Shown here: in pieces, positions 12,750 through 22,200 of the stretch | Layout of the letters: each line of letters starts with the position of its first letter | Numbering within the stretch: position 1 is the first letter of the stretch | Assembly (NCBI GenBank): GCA_907165135.1 | Contig: OU015568.1 | Span: forward strand, 8,680,001-8,744,000 | Length of the DNA: 64,000 nt | Source of the DNA: Oikopleura dioica | Lineage: Eukaryota > Animalia > Chordata | Direction of reading: 5' to 3' | Translations under genes and position numbers: made by a program | The notes under the pieces: model-generated | The model's input: the letters and a program-made list of their open reading frames with translations, nothing else | What the model was told of the DNA's origin: nothing | Database searches by the model: none

Positions 12750-15244
12750 ATGGAACCTCTTATCAAGCGAGCCCGAAAGAACCCTGTTAGAATCAGCATT
12801 GAAGGGAACATTGGTAAGTCACAAATACTTGAAATCCACAGTTTACTGTTCTTGAAATGACCGGCTACAAATCTACAGTCAGCTAAAAAATTAAACTCGG
12901 CGGGCGGGCACTTTTCTTCGCCCTGGGCGAATCACAGACGAGTTTTTTATTGAACAGAACTCGCTGTCCGGATTTTTTCTTTATAGAGAAGCTTTTTATA
13001 CAGTCATTTGATAGACAAAATGATGGACAAAAGAAGGTTTAGATTCTATAGAAGGTAGAAATATATAATGAAAAACGGCCTGGAATCTTCTGGCCGTTGA
13101 CGTAATCGATAATTTAAATCCGGGTTAATTTATTTTTCTTCTTTCGTTGAATAAATTCACCGCTTTCAGCCACTGGAAAATCGACCTTCATCAAGATCCT
13201 CGAAGAAGCGGCTGGAACTGAAGACTGGGAAATCACACCGGAACCAGTCTCCACCTGGACCCAGATCGAGGGCAAAAATGTAAGTTCCCACTCGTAAAAT
13301 TTCGCTCCCGAAAACATCATAAATCGTCCGCGGAAAAAAACCGACGAAAAAATGAGTGTTTAATGAGTAAAAAAGACGTTGTCTAAAATTAGTTGAGTAA
13401 ACTGTTAAAACACTCCCGCTTAAAATTTAAATTTTGTAGCCTGTTGAGCTGGAGGTAAAGTCACTCTTTACTCATTTATATACATTTACATTTATAAATT
13501 TGGTTTCATAAAGAGCCCAAATCCAAACTGTTCTCTTCATGAAGCCTAAACGGACGAAGATTTCGTCTCTCTAAAATGTCAAAAATGATCTAAATTCCGT
13601 CTCCTACTCGCCGAATTTCGCTCTCAACTCCTCCTGCTAAAGAGTTTTACGTTAGCCTTATGGAAAATTTTCAAATGAGGATCATTTGTGACATTTAGAG
13701 AACCGGAATCATGCACTTCGGTCCTTTTCAAACCCTGCATGCTTTTATCATTTTCATTTATCCCCATTTTCAACTCAGAATTTCGACTCCTGGATGCTCG
13801 GGCTGGTTCTCGGACTGATTTTTTTCTGAAATTGAGCTGTTCCCGCGGGCCGGCTCGCCGCATCCGCGACCCCCTAAAATTTCCCCCTTTTGTGTCCTTT
13901 TTTCGTGTTTCAATGAATTGACACCTTCTTTTTTGAAGGGAAGCTCATCGGGCGGCAACTTGCTGAAGCTCTTCTACGACGACGCTAAGCGTTGGTCGTA
14001 CACTTTCCAGAGTTTTGCGTTGCTCTCGCGAATGCGCTTGCAGCGGGAGCCCTTTGGGCCAAGGACCGTCGCTCGTTTGTCTGAACGTTCGATCCATTCC
14101 GACCGGTAAGTAGTTAGATTTAGTACTAACAGGGGTTGAATATCGTACAGAAAACACGCCCGAGCATCCCTAAGAACCATCTCCATTTTGAAAAATTCAT
14201 TTATAAAAATTCGCTGTTGTAATTTCTGAAAGTCGCTGTTGTAGTAATTGACCGGTCCATTTTTAGGAGCAAAACGCGAAAAAAGAGATTTTGGGCAAGT
14301 TCTACACTGACCCTAAGCGTTGGGCCTACACTATGGAGAGCTTCACCTTTGTGACGCGCATGCACGCCGAGAAAATGCGCCGTCAGCGGCCATCCTCGGT
14401 CTCGTGCTCGATAAACGAGCGAAGCGTGTATTCAAATCTGTACGTTTTCAACCCCCTTTCAACCTCCCCTCATTTGACAACTTCTTCCATAGCTACATTT
14501 TTGCACGAAACTGCTTCGAAACCGGACTCATGACGGAGACCGAGTGGGCCATTTACAAAGACTGGTCGACTTATCTCCTCGAATCCCTTGGCGATCTCCA
14601 GCTGGATGGATTCATCTACCTTCGTTGTGATCCCAAAGTTTGCGATAAGCGAATGGCAAAACGAGGTCGGCCAGAAGAACAGGGCGTAACCTTGGAGTAC
14701 CTCACCCAGCTGCACGAAAAACACGAAAAGTGGCTTCACAATCGCGAATTCCAGTAAGTTTTCAACCAAGCCAACCAGAGGCCCAAGACAAGATTGAAAA
14801 TGTCTTTCCCTAATGATTTTTCTGAAGAAGTTTTTGGAAAAACAGCATATTTATCCTATATTTTTAGTAACGAAGAGATTATGCACGATATTCCAGTGTT
14901 GGAAATAGACTGCAATATGGAATTTCATGACGACGAAGCAATCAAGACTAAAATGCTCAATCAGGTTCGTCATTAACCCCTATCAGTGCGAATATCGAAA
15001 ATGAAGAAGTCTGATAATTCAAAAATACTTCCAGGTTCGTGATTTCGTCCGCCAGGTGCAAGAAAAACGTCAGGAGAAGCTCAACTCTCTCCAGGAAACC
15101 GATTCCGGAGTGGACTCGTACTCCCGTTCAGACTCTCCTCTTTCGGACGCGCAGTCGCTCAGCCCGCTTCCATTTTCCAAAACAAGCAGCGAGGAAGAAA
15201 TCGCTCCAGTGGCGCAAGTTACGACTGAAATCAAAACTGAATAG
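12750..15244 (+). CDS. DCK: Deoxynucleoside kinase, dCK/dGK family, with mutually exclusive third exon
   Basis: Spliced translation: MEPLIKRARKNPVRISIEGNI|ATGKSTF...EPVSTW...|exon 3A or 3B|YIFARNCFE...DGFIYLRCDP...RGRPEEQGVTLEYL... It has the P-loop, ERS motif and lid motif. Exons approx. 12750-12813, 13171-13279, 13939-14105 or 14267-14439, 14493-14753, 14868-14964, 15035-15244. DCK versus DGUOK orthology is not resolved. Confidence 0.9.
13939..14105 (+). other. Kinase alternative exon 3A (dCK-like: WSYTFQSFALLSR...ERSIHSDR)
   Basis: AAG acceptor at 13936-13938, GTAAGT donor at 14106; 167 nt, phase 0 to phase 2, open frame. Confidence 0.88.
14267..14439 (+). other. Kinase alternative exon 3B (divergent paralogous exon: WAYTMESFTFVTR...ERSVYSNL)
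   Basis: TTTTAG acceptor ending 14266, GTACGT donor at 14440; 173 nt, phase 0 to phase 2, open frame, homologous to exon 3A. Confidence 0.85.
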
Positions 15245-15602
15245 TTCCCCATTTTCTTTCCAATTTCAAACTTTTAAACAACTCTTTGAACTAATTTGCA
15301 TTTATCCTGTTTAACTACGGGCTTCGTGTTCATCGAAATCGAGCTTCTAGTTACGATAACTGTTACTGTATCTACAACTGTTGCAGAGCTAAAGCTCAAA
15401 ACAAATGTTTTTGTGAACAGATGCGCGGAGAAAACGAACTCCGTTGCGGAGAAGCTTCTGTATAGTTACAAACTGCCTTTTCCTTAGAAATAAATTCATT
15501 CGCTAAATGCGACGAAAAGCAACTGATCATTTTCTTGCAAACATGCCTACAGCATACGACTCTAGAATGCATATTTTACAGGGATCATTTCATTCAGACA
15601 AA

Positions 15603-16222
15603 ATGTTGGCATTGGCGGTGATTTTCGTTACAACGATAGATATTCTTCTGACTTTCATTTTCAAACAATTCAAGTCGCCATCCCAGGCGCATAAGGAAAT
15701 CCTTCAAATTGATCAAGAACTCAAGGGATTGTCTGAAACCGAAGACTTCGTCAAATGGGCCAGGTCTAATTTGAACTCTTCTGGGCAATTTTTAAGGTCT
15801 TTTCAGGCTCACACGAAAACGACAGGAATTGGTGAAGCAAAATGCTCAAAGTGAAGCGTCTTTTTCTGCTTCAATTTCTAAAAGTGCGGACAAAGAATCA
15901 ATTTCTAGAGCTAATCATTGTTTTTCTAGCGATTTCAACGATTTCAAAGTTGAGCAAAGTCCTCCTCTTCCTTCTTTTCCGAACAAGCCCGATTGTCACC
16001 CTCGACGCAGAATTGCTCCCAGTCGCGTTTGCCAAGGCGCTTTCCTTTACTGGCTTCAGTTTCATACGATACGGAGATGTTTCTACTTTCATGTTTTACT
16101 TCTGTGCCAAATCGTTTGTTTCCTGCATCAGTTCCTGTCTTCCGAAAGGGAGCGGGGTCGACAAATCGGCAACTGGGATTCCAGATATTTTGACGCATCT
16201 ATCTAACCCAAAACTTGACTAG
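15603..16222 (+). CDS. GET1: GET1/WRB ER membrane insertase receptor
   Basis: N-terminal TM, coiled coil with ...SETEDFVKWAR|LTRKRQEL (family motif FAKWAKL.RK), then two further hydrophobic segments. Intron 15764-15806 and a second intron ending at 15908. Stop 16220-16222. Confidence 0.75.
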
Positions 16223-16296
16223 AATTTATCACAAATTTCTGTATATTGAAATAATATTGAAAACTTTTTCGAAATCATTAAATTTATGTTTTAAGA

Positions 16297-19200
16297 ATGT
16301 CTGGGAAACTTCTGTTCGATCTGCGAGGACTGAGTCCTCACGCTGCTGCGTGGCAATCCCGCGGAGGAAGCGTCCTGGCTCTTGCGTCAAAAGACAGCGT
16401 CAAACTCTGGGACCGGTCGGGGCAATTAGTCGCCGAGAATGCGGCAAAGCAAGCTCTTATCGCGTGGGATTCTGACGGGCAGATTCTCTCCATCATTCCG
16501 AGCAAGTCGCAGAGTCTCACCGTCCTGATGATGTCAAACAAGCAATCGAGGGTGATTGAGTTTGATTTGAAAGATCAGCTCGTTTGCCAGGCTTGGAGCA
16601 TGAATACAAATTCGCTGGCTATCGGGACGAGTAAAGGATCGTTGATTCTAGTCGATTTCAAGACCGATAAAAAAGTACCTGTCTTGGGAAAACACGGGAA
16701 AAAGATCTCGCACGCTGTCTGGTCAAAAGATAACCGACTGGCTTTGGCATCAATTGACGGGATGATTTCAGTTAATGACTCAAAAGGAGACCTTATTGTT
16801 TCACAACGACTTCGAGCGGAACCACAAGATCTTCAATTTGGCTCAATGAAGAGCGACCAGCGATCGCATGCTCCAGACACGATTTCAGTCCTTCAAGAAA
16901 AACGCTCCATCTTCCTGTGGCGATACGAAGGGGAGGAGCAATCCGAGCTTTCTTTCCAAGCGAGCTATGGGAAGATCATTTCCTACAGTTGGTATGGCGA
17001 CGGATATCTAGCGATCGCCTTTGATACAGGAAGACTTATCGGCGTTTCTACTCATATTGCTGAAATCGGAACAGAAATCTTCAACATTCAAGATCACTCT
17101 GAATTCTGCAGCTCTATGAAGCTCACGAATGATGGGATCAAGCTTGCAACAGCTGGAGAAGATTCAATTCGAGTCCACTCAGTTGCCAATATGAAAGTGA
17201 CGGATTCGATCATTCCGATTCCTGACGAAACTGCCGGCGGCTTTAGGGCCATCCAATGGTCGGACAATGGCGCGCTCATTGCCGCACTCAGTAATTCCGG
17301 AACGATCTACGTTTTTCTGACGGAATTGACTGTTATGGGACAAAGTAATGGGAATAAACTCGCCTATCTCAGCTCATTGTCGGAAATGACGCTTTTTGAA
17401 CCAAACACGGAATCGAAAAAGATCAAGCTTGGCATGGAGCCCAGCTTTGTCGGTCTTGGCCCTGCAGATCTTTGCTACGGATTCAACAACAAGGCGAAAT
17501 TCCATCAACTGGATGATGGAAGCTTGACGGAGAAAGAATACGTTGGCTCTGTAAAACGCGTTTCGGTTGGAAATGATTACGCTGTTGGATTGCTCAGTGA
17601 TGGTCGCCTTCAGTTGCATTTGATTGTCGATGATGGAATGACGCCTGAAAAATCCGTGAAGATCTTCCCCGATGGAAAGTCTCAAGACGGTAACATCATC
17701 GCAGCTGAAATTCGTGGAGAAATGCTCATCTATGCGACAAGTGGCGGCAAATTGAGATTTTTCTCCTCGATGAATGGACAGAAGTAAACTGCTTGGATGT
17801 CAAAAAGACGATCACCGCGATGTATTGCGATACTTCCGGTGCTAGAACCCTTCTCATTGACGATGTCAACAAGGGTTATGTCTACACAGCTGGAGATGAT
17901 ACTCTCATGGAAGTTGGCGAGCTCCCTGGACGGGTAAATGGCTGCCTTTGGGACGCTGTGGAGACGCATGTCTTTACAGTCTGGGATAATCAAAACCAGC
18001 TGGTGGTGTTTTCCGTGCACGATCTTCACGTCGAGGGACAAAAAGTCGAACAAGTAGCGATCGGACGCAAACCAAAAGGGCAATCGCCGCTATTACTATC
18101 TTCCGGGCTTTTGTTTCTTCAGACAAGCTCCGGAAAACTTAACCGAATCACCCTTCCTTCTCATAAAGGATCCGGGCCAGCTGAGATGAGCGACTTAGAA
18201 AATGCCATTCGACTGCGTAACTGGCCTTCTGCTCAAGAAATATGCGCCGAACTTGACGATCCAAAGGCGTGGAATAAAGCCGCAGAAGGTGCAGTTAGGT
18301 GTATCGAAATAGAGGCAGCGATGCGATTCTATCAAAAGGTCCAACATGCGGGAATGGTTTTGAATCTGATGGAATTAAAAACGAAGAAGATATTTTCTAC
18401 CTACGCGGGGCCTGCTCAGTTTTGTTGAGGAACTTTGACGTCGCGCAGAAAGCTTTCTTGCAATCTAGCGAGCCTATTGCTGCGCTAGAACTTCGAAGAG
18501 ATCTCCAACATTGGGAAGAATCGCTCTCCTTGGCAAATCGACTCGCTCCAGAGAGAATACCAGAAATTGCTCGTGAATACGCTGCGCAGCAAGAATTTGA
18601 AGGAAATTACTCAGGCGCTCTTGGTAATTACGAACGAGCAATTCAAGACGGAGCGAAGACGCTTTCGAAGGAGCAGTTATTCCTGGCGAGCTCTGGAATC
18701 GCTCGATGCTCGTTGAGAATGGGCGATTTGAGGAGAGGTCTTCAACTGGCGAACAATTCTAGCTCAAAGGTCTTGAAGCGAGAATGCGCTGATATCCTAG
18801 GTATATTTGAAATATATTTCAAATTTTAACAATATTTTATCAAGACAAAATGAAACAGTACACTCAAGCTGGCATGCTCTATGTAAAAGGAGAGTTCTGG
18901 GAAAAAGCTGCCGCATCATTTCTAAAGGGCAAGGAATCGAATCGAGTCGCTGAAATTATTGATAAAGTTGACGCTGTCAAGATCCACATGGCTTTTGCAA
19001 AAACTCGAGAGGCCGAAGGCAAGATCGATGAAGCGTTGACTGCGTATGGCCGAGCTGGAGACGAAGACGCTCGAATCCGATTGCTGCTTTCTTCGGGCAG
19101 GACTCTTGAAGCTGAAGAAATTGTGAAGGAAACTGGCTCGCTTGAGGGAGCCGATAGAATAGCTCGATACTACATCAAAAAGGCGATTACGGCAGCGCCA

Positions 19201-22200
19201 TTGAGTTTCTCGTTCTTTCTGACTGTAACACAGAAGCTTTCCAACTGGCCCAGCAGCACTCGCAAATGGAGACGTACGCTGAAATTATCGGAAATAGAGG
19301 GGGCATTGATGATTTCAAATCGATCGCGATTCACTTTGAAAACGATGGCAATTTCCTACAGGTATTTTTAGCTAAAAACAATCTTAATCAATCCTGTTTA
19401 GTCTGGCAAGTTCTTCCTGAAAGCAGGCGAATACGACAGAGCATTGAATCACTTCCTCCGAGTAAAATCCGCTGATGATGAAAATATCTCGCTGGCGATT
19501 GAAACAGTTGGAGAAGCGAAAGATGAGAAGCTCAGCCTAGGGTTCCGCACGATTGGAGGACCTTATTTTTCAAAATCCGAATCCTTATTATATCAAAAAT
19601 AGACTTTTTATAAACTATGGGTTTTCGAATACGGCGAAAAAATGATGACAATAATATTCCGATTCACCATCGGAGTCGCCGATTTCTCTCGGTTTTTCAT
19701 ACTTCTAGTGGCAGCACAAACTTTTCTTTAACACTGTAGATAGAATCAACCCTAAAAATCACAAATCTGCAAAAACAAATTTAAAAATTCAAGGTTTTTA
19801 TGTGCTGTCCATTTGAAAATTATCCATTATTTATCATTATGTGAAAATTGAGGAGGCGCGCTCTGATTGGCTGATGAGGAAGACATTCTCAAGAGTCGAT
19901 TTGAAGGAAGATTATTCTAAGCTTCCGCGATTTTGTCCTTGTTGGTGAAAAAGCCCTTTCTCGATAAAATTTTAAATAGAAACCATAACAAAGTAAAAAT
20001 CTTGGATAATTTGACTTTTTACAACAATGGGTGAGGGCGGGGTTGGGGACATAACTGAGATTGATCACCTCAGAGTCCAACGCCGATCTCAAGCCCCTTA
20101 AATAAAAAATCAAGGAACGGGGCTGAAACGGCCCGAAGGGCCGTCAAGCCCCTTAAATTAAAAATCAAGGAACGGGGCTGAAACGGCCCGAAGGGCCGTC
20201 AAGCCCCTTAAATAAAAATCAAGGAACGGGGCTGAAACGGCCCGAAGGGCCGTCAAGCCCCTTAAATTAAAAATCAAGGAACGGGGCTGAAACGGCCCGA
20301 AGGGCCGTCAAGCCCCTTAAATTAAAAAATCAAGGAACGGGGCTGAAACGGCCCGAAGGGCCGTCAAGCCCCTTAAATTAAAAAATCAAGGAACGGGGCT
20401 GAAACGGCCCGAAGGGCCGTCAAGCCCCTTAAATTAAAATCAAGGAACGGGGCTGAAACGGCCCGAAGGGCCGTCAAGCCCCTTAAATTAAAAATCAAGG
20501 AACGGGGCTGAAACGGCCCGAAGGGCCGTCAAGCCCCTTAAATTAAAAATCAAGGAACGGGGCTGAAACGGCCCGAAGGGCCGTCAAGCCCCTTAAATTA
20601 AAAATCAAGGAACGGGGCTGAAACGGCCCGAAGGGCCGTCAAGCCCTTAAATTAAAAATCAAGGAACGGGGCTGAAACGGCCCGAAGGGCCGTCAAGCCC
20701 CTTAAATTAAAAATCAAGGAACGGGGCTGAAACGGCCCGAAGGGCCGTCAAGCCCTTAAATTAAAAATCAAGGAACGGGGCTGAAACGGCCCGAAGGGCC
20801 GTCAAGCCCCTTAAATTAAAAATCAAGGAACGGGGCTGAAACGGCCCGAAGGGCCGTCAAGCCCCTTAAATTAAAAATCAAGGAACGGGGCTGAAACGGC
20901 CCGAAGGGCCGTCAAGCCCCTTAAATTAAAAATCAAGGAACGGGGCTGAAACGGCCCGAAGGGCCGTCAAGCCCCTTAAATTAAAAATCAAGGAACGGGG
21001 CTGAAACGGCCCGAAGGGCCGTCAAGCCCTTAAATTAAAAATCAAGGAACGGGGCTGAAACGGCCCGAAGGGCCGTCAAGCCCTTAAATTAAAAATCAAG
21101 GAACGGGGCTGAAACGGCCCGAAGGGCCGTCAAGCCCTTAAATTAAAAATCAAGGAACGGGGCTGAAACGGCCCGAAGGGCCGTCAAGCCCCTTAAATTA
21201 AAAATCAAGGAACGGGGCTGAAACGGCCCGAAGGGCCGTCAAGCCCTTAAATTAAAAATCAAGGAACGGGGCTGAAACGGCCCGAAGGGCCGTCAAGCCC
21301 CTTAAATTAAAAATCAAGGAACGGGGCTGAAACGGCCCGAAGGGCCGTCAAGCCCCTTAAATTAAAAATCAAGGAACGGGGCTGAAACGGCCCGAAGGGC
21401 CGTCAAGCCCCTTAAATTAAAAATCAAGGAACGGGGCTGAAACGGCCCGAAGGGCCGTCAAGCCCTTAAATTAAAAATCAAGGAACGGGGCTGAAACGGC
21501 CCGAAGGGCCGTCAAGCCCCTTAAATTAAAAATCAAGGAACGGGGCTGAAACGGCCCGAAGGGCCGTCAAGCCCTTAAATTAAAAATCAAGGAACGGGGC
21601 TGAAACGGCCCGAAGGGCCGTCAAGCCCCTTAAATTAAAAATCAAGGAACGGGGCTGAAACGGCCCGAAGGGCCGTCAAGCCCCTTAAATTAAAAATCAA
21701 GGAACGGGGCTGAAACGGCCCGAAGGGCCGTCAAGCCCCTTAAATTAAAAATCAAGGAACGGGGCTGAAACGGCCCGAAGGGCCGTCAAGCCCTTAAATT
21801 AAAAATCAAGGAACGGGGCTGAAACGGCCCGAAGGGCCGTCAAGCCCTTAAATTAAAAATCAAGGAACGGGGCTGAAACGGCCCGAAGGGCCGTCAAGCC
21901 CTTAAATTAAAAATCAAGGAACGGGGCTGAAACGGCCCGAAGGGCCGTCAAGCCCCTTAAATTAAAAATCAAGGAACGGGGCTGAAACGGCCCGAAGGGC
22001 CGTCAAGCCCCTTAAATTAAAAATCAAGGAACGGGGCTGAAACGGCCCGAAGGGCCGTCAAGCCCTTAAATTAAAAATCAAGGAACGGGGCTGAAACGGC
22101 CCGAAGGGCCGTCAAGCCCTTAAATTAAAAATCAAGGAACGGGGCTGAAACGGCCCGAAGGGCCGTCAAGCCCCTTAAATTAAAAATCAAGGAACGGGGC

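Noticed and set aside
14267-14439. Exon 3B as a dead duplicate or a separate kinase gene
   Set aside because: It is strongly diverged from 3A yet keeps its frame, both phases, both splice sites and the RW and ERS motifs, and no separate flanking exons exist. Function still needs transcript evidence.
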